Below are positions 35,748 through 46,932 of a stretch of 64,000 nt of DNA, piece by piece. Source of the stretch: Candidatus Moraniibacteriota bacterium. Lineage in GTDB: Bacteria; Patescibacteriota; Minisyncoccia; Moranbacterales; GCA-2747515. The notes beneath the pieces were generated by a model. That model had not been told where the DNA came from. It made no database searches and worked only from the letters and a program-made list of their open reading frames with translations. Location: assembly GCA_002747515.1 (NCBI GenBank), contig PDPP01000016.1, positions 50,369 through 114,368 on the forward strand. Reading direction: 5' to 3'. Position 1 is the stretch's first letter; each line of letters begins with the position of its first letter. The position numbers and the translations under genes were made by a program.

Positions 35748-36341
35748 TTAAACAAAATGCTCAAAAAATTGACAATCTTCCAAAAAGGCATGATTGGAAA
35801 ATCTTTTGATATTTTTTATTGCAAGATTCATTTGAGTATTTGTATTGATGCACGCATCCGTAGCAAATACCCCTGCTTGTGATTTCATAACATTAACAGT
35901 TTTATCAAGCACATCGTTGCATATATTAATTTGTTTGATGATTTCTTTTTCTGGACATATAGTAATAAAATAGTTCATCAAATTCTCATAATCTTTTTGC
36001 CATACTCCTTCTTCATCGATCAAAAGATTCTCTGGAAACCCTTCTATAATTTGTGCCAGATTGTCACAAATCTTATCGGGAATTTGTTTTCCAATTCTCA
36101 TTATAATGATTTCCAATATCATTGCCGACAATGTAATTTGCAAAGAATGATTTATTTTCTTTAAATCTTCTTGCATTTTTTTAAGTTGCTTATGATTCTT
36201 ATGTGATAACATAATCAAACGAACTGCAAGAAACGCCCAAGAAATAATAAACAAGAAAAACATACTTCCATCCATTAGATTCCCTCCCATGAAATATGTA
36301 AAATTCACATTGTTAAAAAACGATAGCATTATTATGTTCAT
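35748..36341 (-). CDS. single-pass membrane protein, hypothetical
   Basis: N-terminal TM then ~150-aa cytoplasmic domain; no family. Confidence 0.35.
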   Translation of the reverse strand: MNIIMLSFFNNVNFTYFMGGNLMDGSMFFLFIISWAFLAVRLIMLSHKNHKQLKKMQEDLKKINHSLQITLSAMILEIIIMRIGKQIPDKICDNLAQIIEGFPENLLIDEEGVWQKDYENLMNYFITICPEKEIIKQINICNDVLDKTVNVMKSQAGVFATDACINTNTQMNLAIKNIKRFSNHAFLEDCQFFEHFV

Positions 36342-36447
36342 ATTTTATGAACAGTTAAGTATATCGAAAAAATAATGCAATGTCAATTGATGTACTGTCA
36401 ATTGAATATACAATTACCATCGAGGCATAATATGTCAAAATCTCACA

Positions 36448-37734
36448 TTACTTTATTTCCTTCTCCGCTTTTTTTGAAAGTTTTTGAAATTCTTTATCTT
36501 TTTTGAGAATTTCCGGATCAACTTTTAGTGCCATGTCGTTAATACCGAGTAGTCGTATACCACTGAGTGATCGTACACGTGAAAGTGCGACATAGCCCAT
36601 ACCATATTCAAAACACTTCCTGAGATCGATTTCTGCGGCGTCTAGTGTCATGCCTTGACTTTTGTGAATTGTAATTGCCCATGCAAGCCGTAAAGGTAAT
36701 TGCATGATTTCTGCCAGTGTTTCATTTTCTTCTGTGAGTTCCCATTTCTCTGGATACACACTCACCTCTTCCCCATCAATAGTTTCTACAATAGGAAATC
36801 CGTCATCTGTAAAATCAACTACTGTACCAATTGTACCGTTAACATAGCCTTCATCAAAATTATTACGTATAAACATTACAAGTGCACCTTCTTTGAGTAT
36901 AAGTTTTTCTGGTGCAAGACAACTTTTTTTGAGTGCTTGGACGATACGTTCTTGCCCATCGTCAAGCATGTCATAGACATATGATTTACCAGGGATTTTG
37001 GCTAGTTTGCGTTCGTTAATTTTATCTACATCAATATTGTGTGTAAATAGTCGTGTCACATCGTCAGAAGAATCAAAATCTGTGCCCGTCTCTTGTAATT
37101 TTTCTACAGTACCTTCATTAACAGTGTTATTGCGAATATCGCCGAGTATCTGAATAATCTGATTGTCACAATGACGAAATTGCTCTGAGAGGTAGCATAT
37201 TTTTACATCCATTTCTTTCCAGATTTGTGCATCAAACACAAATCGTCTTTTGATGTCGGAGTCTTTAGTGATAATTGGTGGTAATTGAAAAAAATCACCA
37301 GAAAAGACAACTTGCATACCACCAAATGGTTCCCAACTTGCTCGTGCTAAGCGTGTAATTTTATTTATGAGATCTAATTGATGTGCATGAATCATCGAAA
37401 TTTCATCAATAATAAGAACACGAGTATTTTTTAAGCGTTCTTTGATAAGATGATTTTTGAGAATGTCTTTTATGTCTCTTTCACTAAGACTGTTATGGAT
37501 ACCAACACCTGACCATGAATGAATCGTGCGACCAGAAAGGTGTGTGGCAGCAATACCTGTTGCAGCTGTTACGGCATAACGCACATTTTCTTTTTTGAGA
37601 TGTGTGATGTATTGATTGAGGAGATATGTTTTTCCGCTTCCTGCTGGCCCTGTGAGGAAGACATTATATCCATCTTTGAGAATTTTAAATGCGATGTCTT
37701 GTTTCATCTTTATGTTTTTATGTGTACCTCTCAA
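36448..37734 (-). CDS. PIF1/RecD-like (AAA_30) ATP-dependent DNA helicase
   Basis: Walker A LTGPAGSGKTYLL, ATGIAA, IDEISM and C-terminal TIHKSQGMTLD ... YVALSRVRSLSGIRLL. Confidence 0.8.
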   Translation of the reverse strand: MRGTHKNIKMKQDIAFKILKDGYNVFLTGPAGSGKTYLLNQYITHLKKENVRYAVTAATGIAATHLSGRTIHSWSGVGIHNSLSERDIKDILKNHLIKERLKNTRVLIIDEISMIHAHQLDLINKITRLARASWEPFGGMQVVFSGDFFQLPPIITKDSDIKRRFVFDAQIWKEMDVKICYLSEQFRHCDNQIIQILGDIRNNTVNEGTVEKLQETGTDFDSSDDVTRLFTHNIDVDKINERKLAKIPGKSYVYDMLDDGQERIVQALKKSCLAPEKLILKEGALVMFIRNNFDEGYVNGTIGTVVDFTDDGFPIVETIDGEEVSVYPEKWELTEENETLAEIMQLPLRLAWAITIHKSQGMTLDAAEIDLRKCFEYGMGYVALSRVRSLSGIRLLGINDMALKVDPEILKKDKEFQKLSKKAEKEIK

Positions 37735-37833
37735 GTATATACGTTTTAATAAAAAATGAAAAACAAAAACAGAGGCGTATTATACAAAAAAACTTGCAAA
37801 AATATACAAGTCTTTTTGATAGTTTTTTTATGA

Positions 37834-39468
37834 TTATTTTTTTGCCGCTTTGATAAACTCCATAAAAAGTGGATGTGGTGTTAGTGGTGCTGATTGAAAT
37901 TCTGGATGGAATTGTGTTGCAAGGAAAAAAGGATGTACGTTTTGCGGTAATTCCATAATCTCCATGAGTGTTTTGTTTGGAGATTTTCCAGAAAAAACAA
38001 TTCCTGCATCCTCCAGTTTTTCGATGTATTCTGGATTTACCTCATAACGATGTCTATGTCGTTCAGATATCTCTGCTTTTTTATATGCTTTATGCGCAAT
38101 TGTATTTGGCATAATGTGCGCTGGATAGCTACCAAGTCGCATTGATCCACCAAAATCTCCTTTTTTTAGTTTTTCTTTTTGTTCTGGTAAGATATCAATC
38201 ACAAGATCAGGAGCATTCTCATCAATTTCGGCAGTTTGTGCATCTGTGATACCAGCAACATGTCTTGCATATTCGATTACAGCGATTTGCATACCATAAC
38301 AAAGTCCAAAATATGGAATTTTATTTTTCCGACAAAACTGTGCAACATTAATTTTTCCTTCAATTCCACGTGAGCCAAATCCACCAGGAACAACGATTCC
38401 ATCAAATTCTTTGAGTGTTGCAAGTTTCTTTGAGTCTTTTTCATATGCAGTGCTATCCAACCATGAAAGTTCAGGATTACAGCCGTTATGGTAAGAAGCA
38501 TGCTTGAGTGCTTCTATGACGCTTATATACGCATCTGAAAGGACAAAATCACCTGTTTCAAAGTATTTACCGACTATGCCAATTTTAACCGTTTTTTTTG
38601 CTGTTTCAATTTTTTCAGTAAATTTAACCCAATTTTCCATATTGGTTTTGCGTGCTCGCAGATCGAGTTTTTTGAGAATAATTGTTGAGAGATTATCATT
38701 CTCGAAGTTCACAGGTACGTGATAAATGCTTTCAACATCTGGCGCTGAAATCACACTCTTTTTATGCACACTACAGCTCATTGCAATTTTTTCTTTACGT
38801 TTATCATCAATTGGAACTTCAGAACGTGCTACAATAATATCTGCTTGAATACCTGCACCATTCAATGTGCGTGATGCATATTGTGTTGGTTTCGTTTTCA
38901 TTTCGCCGACTTTACTTGGCAGCGGCACATAGCTCACAAGCACAAAAAGCACATCGCCTGGATTTTTCTCTTTAAGCATGCGAGCTGCTTCAAGAAATAA
39001 AATATTTTGATATTCGCCAATCGTACCGCCAATTTCTGTAATCACGATTTCTGCATTTTCATTTTTTCCTGCTTTTTCAATACGAGAAATAATTTCAAGT
39101 GGGATGTGTGGTACAACTTCAACGCATTTGCCTTTGTAGCCACCTCTACGTTCTTTTTCAATTACTGATTGATAGACACTTCCAGTTGTCATATAATTAC
39201 CTGATGTCAAAGTGGTACCCAAAAATCGTTCATAGTTTCCCATATCCTGATCTGTTTCATAGCCATCATTTAAGACAAATACTTCACCATGCTCTGTCGG
39301 ATTCATTGTGCCTGCATCTACATTGATATATGGATCAACTTTGAGTGCTGTAACAGAATATCCACGTGATTGAATAATTTTTGCAATAGCAGATGTTGTA
39401 ATGCCTTTTCCTACACCACTCATTACACCTCCTACAACAAATATATACTTTTTTTTCTTTTTTTTCAT
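37834..39468 (-). CDS. pyrG: CTP synthase
   Basis: KYIFVVGGVMSGVGKGITTSAI and glutaminase domain GLCYGMQ. Confidence 0.95.
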   Translation of the reverse strand: MKKKKKKYIFVVGGVMSGVGKGITTSAIAKIIQSRGYSVTALKVDPYINVDAGTMNPTEHGEVFVLNDGYETDQDMGNYERFLGTTLTSGNYMTTGSVYQSVIEKERRGGYKGKCVEVVPHIPLEIISRIEKAGKNENAEIVITEIGGTIGEYQNILFLEAARMLKEKNPGDVLFVLVSYVPLPSKVGEMKTKPTQYASRTLNGAGIQADIIVARSEVPIDDKRKEKIAMSCSVHKKSVISAPDVESIYHVPVNFENDNLSTIILKKLDLRARKTNMENWVKFTEKIETAKKTVKIGIVGKYFETGDFVLSDAYISVIEALKHASYHNGCNPELSWLDSTAYEKDSKKLATLKEFDGIVVPGGFGSRGIEGKINVAQFCRKNKIPYFGLCYGMQIAVIEYARHVAGITDAQTAEIDENAPDLVIDILPEQKEKLKKGDFGGSMRLGSYPAHIMPNTIAHKAYKKAEISERHRHRYEVNPEYIEKLEDAGIVFSGKSPNKTLMEIMELPQNVHPFFLATQFHPEFQSAPLTPHPLFMEFIKAAKK

Positions 39469-39571
39469 ATATAAATTCTTATGTTAATTACATCTGTTTA
39501 TAAAGATAAAGAGCTGCTCCCCTCATTAGAAGAGAAGCAACTCCCCGCCATTTGTTTGTTAGACGTGAAAA

Positions 39572-40033
39572 TTACTTATTTACAATTGTTACTATCACAC
39601 CAACTTTTATATTAGCACTATATTCAACAAGAACTTCTCGTGTTGTCAATTCTTTGAAGGGTGTGTCCAATTTAATCATCTTTTCTTTGACAACGATGCC
39701 ATGTTGTTTCTTAATTGCTTCAGCAATTTCTTTTTTTGTTACTGAACCAAAAAGTTTGCCATCTTTTGCTCGTGCTACAATTGTTACTTTTTTCTTTTCA
39801 AGTTTTTGTGCTTCTTTTTTCAATTTTTCTTGTAATTCGGCTTCTTTTTGTTTTTGTTTTTCTTGTTCACGCTCTGTTTGTGCAAGAACGTGCTTTGTCA
39901 CTGGCTTTGCAATGTTTTGAGGAATTAAACTATTAAATGCAAAACCATCTGCGACATTAACGATATCACCTTTTTTCCCTAATTTTTTATGATCTTGTAA
40001 TAGTATCACTTTCATACGATAGATATTATACAT
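39572..40033 (-). CDS. rplI: 50S ribosomal protein L9
   Basis: MKVILLQDHKKLGKKGDIVNVADGFAFNSLIPQN. Confidence 0.85.
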   Translation of the reverse strand: MYNIYRMKVILLQDHKKLGKKGDIVNVADGFAFNSLIPQNIAKPVTKHVLAQTEREQEKQKQKEAELQEKLKKEAQKLEKKKVTIVARAKDGKLFGSVTKKEIAEAIKKQHGIVVKEKMIKLDTPFKELTTREVLVEYSANIKVGVIVTIVNK

Positions 40034-40700
40034 TAGTTAAATTTTCGGCGCAAGATTCATCGTGAAATACATATACCATAGTGAAGTATGCTGTCAAAGC
40101 TTTAAAAAAGTCAATATCATTTTCAGCTTTTTTGCTAAATGGTACAGCAATACATGCACGTAAATCATGCTCTTCTACTTCAGAATACACAAACAAAATA
40201 TTTTGTTCACGATATGATCGTGTATTCGTATTTCGACAAAACAATGTGTCAGGAAGATGTCCAAATTTACTTCCACTACCAAATTTCTTGCATGCTTTTC
40301 CCTTACTTGATTTGATGAAACGAAATGAAAAATTATCTGTATACGGAAGCATCTCCATTGCTCTGATTACACCATCTTTGTGACCATCACGATTCATATG
40401 TGAAAGATCGGAAAAAATCTCATACATAATATCTGTCCGTCTGTTTGCTTGACCGATATATGAATATGATTCGGATAATTCTTTTTGTGCACGTGCAAAG
40501 GACTGTTGTAATTTTACACGATCACGAATATTTTCAAATACCTGATAATCCTTAAGTCTATAAATCATAAAACTGACCACACCTGCACACAATAAAATAA
40601 TAGCCTCTAATTCATCTTCAGAAAATATCCACAATACACCATTTATTATAAATGGTGTGGATACAATGACGATAAAAATTATCAAATAGAGAAAAAACAT
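40026..40700 (-). CDS. membrane-anchored hypothetical protein upstream of rplI
   Basis: Two N-terminal TM helices; overlaps rplI by 8 nt; no family. Confidence 0.4.
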   Translation of the reverse strand: MFFLYLIIFIVIVSTPFIINGVLWIFSEDELEAIILLCAGVVSFMIYRLKDYQVFENIRDRVKLQQSFARAQKELSESYSYIGQANRRTDIMYEIFSDLSHMNRDGHKDGVIRAMEMLPYTDNFSFRFIKSSKGKACKKFGSGSKFGHLPDTLFCRNTNTRSYREQNILFVYSEVEEHDLRACIAVPFSKKAENDIDFFKALTAYFTMVYVFHDESCAENLTNV

Positions 40701-40709
40701 GTGAAAAAT

Positions 40710-41573
40710 TTATTGTATTTGTGAAATATATTTTTTGAGTTTTTCTCGAATTTCCGGATGCTTAAGTCCCATTTGAATTGTTGCTTGAATAAATCCAAAC
40801 TTATCTCCGCAGTCATATCGTTTTCCATCTACTTCATGACCATAAATCAGTTTCTTATTTTCTAATACACGTACAAACGCATTTGCTAAACGAATTTCAC
40901 CTTCATCATTTCGTGATGCTTCAAGTTGTTCAAATACTTCTGGTGTGATGATGTATTTTCCTACAGCAACAAGATTTGATGGTGCTTCTTCGGTCTTAGG
41001 TTTCTCTATAAATCTTTTGATTTTATGCGTACGTTCATCTACCGCAATAGAATCAACAACACCAAATCGATGAACATCCTCCTTTGGCACCTGACATAAG
41101 GCAATTACTGGATCAGAATATTTTTCATACACATCTAATAGTTGTTTGAGTGCCGGCACCTCACCATCAATGAGGTCATCGCCAAATAATACAGCAACTG
41201 ATTCATCGGGATGGATAAGATGCTTTGCACAGAGAATTGCATGTCCATCTCCAAGTGGTTCTGGTTGGCGCACATAAGAGAACTGTGCCATTTTTGCGAT
41301 GTTCTTTACTTCATCAAGCAAGTCTTGTTTATGTTTCTCCACAAGCGTTCGCTCAAGTTCAAAAGATTTGTCAAAATGATCTTCGATTGCACGCTTACCA
41401 CGACCTGTGACAAATATGATTTCTTCAATACCAGAATCTATCGCTTCTTCGACAAGATATTGGATCACTGGCTTGTCCACCACTGGAAGCATTTCTTTTG
41501 GTTGTGCTTTGGTCGCTGGCAAAAAACGTGTACCAAATCCCGCTACGGGAATAACTGCTTTTTTAATCTTCAT
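40710..41573 (-). CDS. galU: UTP--glucose-1-phosphate uridylyltransferase
   Basis: KAVIPVAGFGTRFLPATKAQPKEMLPVVDKPVIQY. Confidence 0.87.
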   Translation of the reverse strand: MKIKKAVIPVAGFGTRFLPATKAQPKEMLPVVDKPVIQYLVEEAIDSGIEEIIFVTGRGKRAIEDHFDKSFELERTLVEKHKQDLLDEVKNIAKMAQFSYVRQPEPLGDGHAILCAKHLIHPDESVAVLFGDDLIDGEVPALKQLLDVYEKYSDPVIALCQVPKEDVHRFGVVDSIAVDERTHKIKRFIEKPKTEEAPSNLVAVGKYIITPEVFEQLEASRNDEGEIRLANAFVRVLENKKLIYGHEVDGKRYDCGDKFGFIQATIQMGLKHPEIREKLKKYISQIQ

Positions 41574-41675
41574 AAATCTCTTCTTTCAATTTAACTATTG
41601 CTTATTATAACATTGTGTACTAGTGTATACAAAAAAAGGTGATTTTGTAAAGCACAAAAACACCTTTTGAAAAAC

Positions 41676-42518
41676 TTAATTTTTGAGTGCCCTTTTTGAC
41701 AACGATTTATATCGTGCATATCCAGATTCAATTGCTTCTTTAATAATTGGATCAAATGCCTCATATAAATGTAAATCACGTGCCATATTACATGCATCTA
41801 GATAAGAATCTTCCGTACCCGCATCAATCCAATCACCTGAAATTTCACTAAATTGTAATGCACCTTTTTGAAGGTAAAAATTATGCAAATCAACAATCTC
41901 AAGTTCTTTGCGAGCTGACGGTTTTAAATTATGTGCAACATTTACAGCACGATTATCATAAATATACGCACCAGTGATTGCAAAATTACTCTTCGGCTTT
42001 TCTGGTTTCTCCACAATATTTGTGACAACCCCACCTTCAGCAACTGTTGCTACACCGAATCGCTGTGGATCTGGCACCTGCTTTGCAAAGATATGTCCTC
42101 CGCCTGTAAAATTTTTGATTGCATTTGCAATTGTGTCTGTATCAACAAAGATATTATCCCCAAGAATTAGCGTTACATTATCATCAGCAATAAAGGATTC
42201 AGCAATAATGAAGGCATCAGGAATTCCACGTGGAATTTCTTGGACACCCATAGAGAATCGAATACCAAAATCACGAAACATTGGTTCCAACATTGAAATA
42301 AAACTTCCTGCAAAAGTCGGTGTAGTAATAATATAAATATCCTTAATATTTGCTTTTATAAGAATATTTAATGGATAAAAAATCATTGGAACTTTATATA
42401 TTGGCAACATTTGTTTTGATGTTCTTGCTGTGTTTGGGTACATTCGTGTAGCATTGCCACCTGCCAAAATTACTCCCTTCATTTTTTCTTCCTCCTTTTT
42501 ATTTTTTTTGTCGTTCAT
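41676..42518 (-). CDS. rmlA: glucose-1-phosphate thymidylyltransferase-like sugar nucleotidyltransferase (RmlA family)
   Basis: KGVILAGGNATRMYPNTARTSKQMLPIYKVPMIFYPL; the start may instead be the internal MKGVIL (ATG 42482). Confidence 0.8.
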   Translation of the reverse strand: MNDKKNKKEEEKMKGVILAGGNATRMYPNTARTSKQMLPIYKVPMIFYPLNILIKANIKDIYIITTPTFAGSFISMLEPMFRDFGIRFSMGVQEIPRGIPDAFIIAESFIADDNVTLILGDNIFVDTDTIANAIKNFTGGGHIFAKQVPDPQRFGVATVAEGGVVTNIVEKPEKPKSNFAITGAYIYDNRAVNVAHNLKPSARKELEIVDLHNFYLQKGALQFSEISGDWIDAGTEDSYLDACNMARDLHLYEAFDPIIKEAIESGYARYKSLSKRALKN

Positions 42519-42566
42519 ATAAAATTAAAGAACCTATAATTAGATTAAAATATTCTGTCAGAAAAA

Positions 42567-43802
42567 TCAAGAATACAATGGAAATTTTTTACACATTTGC
42601 ACAATTTCTTTGTGCATACGGCGTAATTCTTTTTTGTTTTTAATATTATCACATGCATCATTTATCCATTTTGCTACTATAATCATTTCTTTTTCTTTCA
42701 TACCACGTGTTGTCATTGCTGCCACACCAAGTCGAATGCCACTTGGATCAAAAGGGCTTCGAGGATCATCTGGAATCATATTTTTATTAAGCGTAATGCC
42801 AATTTCATCTAAAACTGTTTCAACTTGTTTTCCTGTAAGATTTTTACTGCTTACTGTATCAATAAGCATCATGTGATTTTCTGTTTTACCAAAACAAATG
42901 ATAAAACCATATTTTTTTAATTCTTTTTCCATTACTTTTGCATTCGCAAGAATTTGTTTTGCGTATTTTTGAAATGACGGTTTCAAAGCTTCACCAAGTG
43001 CAACGGCTTTTGCTGCAGTATTATTCATATGTGGACCACCTTGAAATCCTGGAAATGTTGCTTTGTCAATAGCTTTAGCATATTTTTTCTTGCACAGTAT
43101 CATACCACCTCGTGGTCCACGTAATGTCTTATGTGTTGTCGTGGTTACGATATCACATATGCGTACAGGATTTGATAAAACTTTACCTGCAACGAGACCA
43201 GCAATATGTGCCATGTCCATCATGAGAATTGCATTTACTTCATTTGCAATCTTACGGAATTTTGCATACGAGAGATTACGTGAATACGACGAAAAACCAG
43301 CGAGAATTATTTTGGGCTTATGTTTTTTAGCAAGTTTCAATAATTTATCATAATCAATTTTACCATCTTTTTCTGTCTTATATCGCACAAAATTATACAT
43401 CTTTGCCGATAATGTTACGGGATGACCATGTGTAAGATGTCCCCCATGACCAAGATCCATACCTAAAACAGTATCACCAGGCTCAAGTAAAGCACTATAC
43501 ACAATCATATTTGCTGGTGCACCAGAATGTGGTTGTATATTTACGTGTTGTGCACTAAATAATTTTTTTGCTCGTTCTATTGCAAGATTTTCTATTTTAT
43601 CAGTAAATTCTTGACCACCATAATATCGCATTCCTGGATATCCTTCTGAATATTTATTTGTCATTACACTACCAAGTGCTTCAAGCACTGCTTCTGATAC
43701 ATAATTTTCTGATGCAATTAATTCTAATCCCTCCTTTTGTCTTTTTAACTCTCCTTGTATAATGCTATATACTGCTGTATCATTTTTTTTAAGATGTTTC
43801 AT
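42567..43802 (-). CDS. glyA: serine hydroxymethyltransferase
   Basis: LELIASENYVSEAVLEALGSVMTNKYSEGYPG and the PLP lysine region; start chosen at MKHLKK. Confidence 0.9.
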   Translation of the reverse strand: MKHLKKNDTAVYSIIQGELKRQKEGLELIASENYVSEAVLEALGSVMTNKYSEGYPGMRYYGGQEFTDKIENLAIERAKKLFSAQHVNIQPHSGAPANMIVYSALLEPGDTVLGMDLGHGGHLTHGHPVTLSAKMYNFVRYKTEKDGKIDYDKLLKLAKKHKPKIILAGFSSYSRNLSYAKFRKIANEVNAILMMDMAHIAGLVAGKVLSNPVRICDIVTTTTHKTLRGPRGGMILCKKKYAKAIDKATFPGFQGGPHMNNTAAKAVALGEALKPSFQKYAKQILANAKVMEKELKKYGFIICFGKTENHMMLIDTVSSKNLTGKQVETVLDEIGITLNKNMIPDDPRSPFDPSGIRLGVAAMTTRGMKEKEMIIVAKWINDACDNIKNKKELRRMHKEIVQMCKKFPLYS

Positions 43803-43950
43803 ATATACTTGAATAACAACTAAAATCATCACATAAAAAGAGTACCATAAAATGCGATATAGCCCAAATTATTGGTTTACAAAAAAACACTATTATGTTA
43901 TGATACACGGTTAACAAAAAAGTTCATTAACAATATGGAGGATATCAAAA

Positions 43951-44376
43951 ATGGATATGTTTACATTTAAATTACAATTTTTAGAATTGTTAAAATGTAT
44001 TGCACAAATCACTTCAAAAGAAGAGTTTTATACAGTATATGATTCTAGTCCAAGAGAAATAGCACAATTTCTCAAAGATATCGACAACAGAGATAATGAT
44101 CACCATCTGCCGATACAATGGATACAAATTGTGTTTGCAAAAAAACCAAATGATTTCATGCTCCATGCTTTCATATATCATTTGAAAAAAATCTATGGAG
44201 ACCTGCCTAAATTACACAATTCTTCTTTTGTAGAAGATGAAGAAGATGTTGATTTATTGGTGGAAGATGTACAGCCTACATCTCCACAAAACATTGTGCG
44301 TTCACAAAAAAAGAAAAAGAGGAAAAGAAAGACGCCAAAAAAACGATCTGCTGCAAATATGACACTGCATATATAA
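43951..44376 (+). CDS. hypothetical protein with poly-Lys/Arg C-terminus
   Basis: 141 aa, no family; followed by a strong terminator. Confidence 0.35.
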   Translation: MDMFTFKLQFLELLKCIAQITSKEEFYTVYDSSPREIAQFLKDIDNRDNDHHLPIQWIQIVFAKKPNDFMLHAFIYHLKKIYGDLPKLHNSSFVEDEEDVDLLVEDVQPTSPQNIVRSQKKKKRKRKTPKKRSAANMTLHI

Positions 44377-44435
44377 CGAACAGAGATTTGTTATGACGGT
44401 TGTGCGATTTCCATCTACAATTTGTGTAAAAACAC

Positions 44436-44472
44436 AAAAGACCATATGTACGACGTACATATGGTCTTTTTA
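44436..44472. terminator. bidirectional intrinsic terminator (14-bp perfect stem)
   Basis: aagaccatatgtac gac gtacatatggtctt followed by ttttt; sits between a '+' gene and pheT ('-'). Confidence 0.8.
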
Positions 44473-44481
44473 ATTACATTA

Positions 44482-46836
44482 TTATTTTTTTATTTGTATA
44501 TTTTCTTGTTCAAGTTTTTTGATAATTTTTGTCATTTTTTGATCTACTTCTTCCGTTGTAAGTGTACGATCTTGTGTACCAAATACAATATGAAATGCCA
44601 TAGACCGTTCTTCATTTTCAGAATTTTCATAGAGATCAAACAAATCAACATCATGTGTTAAATTGCCACCCGCATCATAAATTAAACGTTCTACATCAGC
44701 TACACGTGTTTGTCTCTCTACAATCAAAGAAATATCGCGTGCAACAAATGGATATCGTGACAATGGTTCAAAGAAATTTTCTGATTGTACGTTTTGAAGT
44801 AATTGTGTAATATCTATTTCACATATTGCTGCTCGATTTTTTTTCAATCCAAAATATTTGTTTGCTTTTTTATCCACTTCTCCAATCCAACCTAAAACCG
44901 AACCATCTTCTGTTTTGATTAAAGCTCTGCGTGATGGATGAAGATTTGGTATATTATTTTCATTAGCGTCAAATACATCATCAAAATAATAGACTCCTAT
45001 ATTTATATGTGCAAAAAGTGTTTCCAATACACCTTTCAATTCATAAAATTGTGATGCATCATCTCCTTTGTGCACAGCTGTTGCGCCAAACATAAGTCGT
45101 TCATCTGGTAATGAAGAATCTGTTGGGTCATAAATACGTCCAATTTCACATATTTGTACACAATCAAAATAACTCAAATTCTTTTTTGCAAAATGCAGTA
45201 GCGTCGGCACAAGACTACGACGCATAATTGCTTGTTCAGGATTCATTGGATTGATCAGAGAAATATGTTTTTCATCATCGAGTCCCATTGCTCGTGCATC
45301 ATCTACAGCATAAAACGAATATCCGCGAACCTCATTAAATCCATTATGTACAAAGACATCTTTAAGTATTCGTTCAAAAAATCTTTTTTCATTGCGAACA
45401 GGTGTTTGCACTTTTTCTTTCAGAGATTTTTTTTCAATTTTATCATAGCCATAAATACGTCCAATTTCTTCTATAAGATCTTCTGCTGTGCGTAAATCCA
45501 ATCGCATTGTTGGCGGTGTAACAATCACACAGTCTTCATTATCAACTAGCTCAGCACCAAGACTTGTAAGAATGTGTAAAATATCATCACGTGCAATTTC
45601 AACACCAAGTAACTTTGTCACCTTATCTAAAGAAAGTTCAATTGACCATTTTTTTTGTGGTCGTGGATATTTGTCAGTATATGCTGTCACTGTACCACCG
45701 CAAATTTCTTCAAATAACTCTTTAGCTCTCACTGCTCCTGCAAGTGCAACATTTGCATCAAGGTTACGTTCAAAACGATATGCTGCATTAGTATGTAAAT
45801 TATATTTTCTTTGTGTAAATCGTACACTTGTTGCATTAAAAGAAGCACTTTCAAGAATAATATTTTTTGTATCATCTGAAATACTGCTATCTTTGCCACC
45901 CATTACACCTGCTAACGCTACTGTTCGATCATTTTCTGTGATAACGATATCTTCATCATCCAAAGAAACTTTTGTATCATCAAGTAAAATTAACTTTTCA
46001 TCATTATGTGCTTGTCGCACACCAATATTATGTACTTTATCTGCATCAAATGCATGTAATGGTTGGCCTGTTTCGAGCATGACATAATTTGTGATATCTA
46101 CAACTGTATTAATTGATTGAATATCAGATGCAGCTAGACGCACTTTGAGCCATCCTGGAGATTCCATAACTTGCACATCTTCAATCTTCATGCCAATATA
46201 TCGATTACACCTTTCTGTATCAATTGTAATGTCGATATTATCATCAATTTTTGGCATTGACACATCAGTAGGTATTAATTCACGATTTTCAAGTGTCCGA
46301 ATTTCATTTGCCATACCAATATATGATAAAGCATCATGTCCGCGATTTGGTAAAATATCAATTTCCAAAATACTATCATTCAATCCAGCATATTCTACAA
46401 ATTTTTCACCAATAGGTGCATTATCTTCCAGCACCATAATTCCCTCATGATCAGTTCCGATACCTAGTTCATCCTCTGCACAAATCATTCCGTTAGACTC
46501 TACGCCACGGATTTTGCTTTTTTTAATTTTGAATTCTCCTGGCAGTACAGATCCTGCAAGAGCAACGACAACCTTCTGCCCCACCTCAAGATTTGGTGCA
46601 CCACAAACAATTTGCAATTTTTCTTCACCTATATCGACAGTTGCTACATGTAATTTATCTGCACCTGGATGTTTTTCTTTTGCAAGTATTTCTCCAATCA
46701 CAACTTTTTTTAATCCTTTTGAGAGGTCTTCTACACCTTCTACTTCAAAACTATGCGTCAGAAGCATCTCTGCTATTTCATCCACATTTTTCTCCGTCTC
46801 ACTCAATTCTTTGAGCCATTTGTAACTATATTTCAT
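44482..46836 (-). CDS. pheT: phenylalanyl-tRNA synthetase beta subunit
   Basis: MKYSYKWLKEL...tRNA-binding OB, B3/B4 and B5 domains; 784 aa. Confidence 0.92.
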   Translation of the reverse strand: MKYSYKWLKELSETEKNVDEIAEMLLTHSFEVEGVEDLSKGLKKVVIGEILAKEKHPGADKLHVATVDIGEEKLQIVCGAPNLEVGQKVVVALAGSVLPGEFKIKKSKIRGVESNGMICAEDELGIGTDHEGIMVLEDNAPIGEKFVEYAGLNDSILEIDILPNRGHDALSYIGMANEIRTLENRELIPTDVSMPKIDDNIDITIDTERCNRYIGMKIEDVQVMESPGWLKVRLAASDIQSINTVVDITNYVMLETGQPLHAFDADKVHNIGVRQAHNDEKLILLDDTKVSLDDEDIVITENDRTVALAGVMGGKDSSISDDTKNIILESASFNATSVRFTQRKYNLHTNAAYRFERNLDANVALAGAVRAKELFEEICGGTVTAYTDKYPRPQKKWSIELSLDKVTKLLGVEIARDDILHILTSLGAELVDNEDCVIVTPPTMRLDLRTAEDLIEEIGRIYGYDKIEKKSLKEKVQTPVRNEKRFFERILKDVFVHNGFNEVRGYSFYAVDDARAMGLDDEKHISLINPMNPEQAIMRRSLVPTLLHFAKKNLSYFDCVQICEIGRIYDPTDSSLPDERLMFGATAVHKGDDASQFYELKGVLETLFAHINIGVYYFDDVFDANENNIPNLHPSRRALIKTEDGSVLGWIGEVDKKANKYFGLKKNRAAICEIDITQLLQNVQSENFFEPLSRYPFVARDISLIVERQTRVADVERLIYDAGGNLTHDVDLFDLYENSENEERSMAFHIVFGTQDRTLTTEEVDQKMTKIIKKLEQENIQIKK

Positions 46837-46932
46837 ATATTATTGGTTTGTAATTAAAAAAATAAAAAAATATCTATATAAAATTTTTCGCAAAATATCT
46901 GATACATTTCATTTTACTTTTTATTTTTTCAC

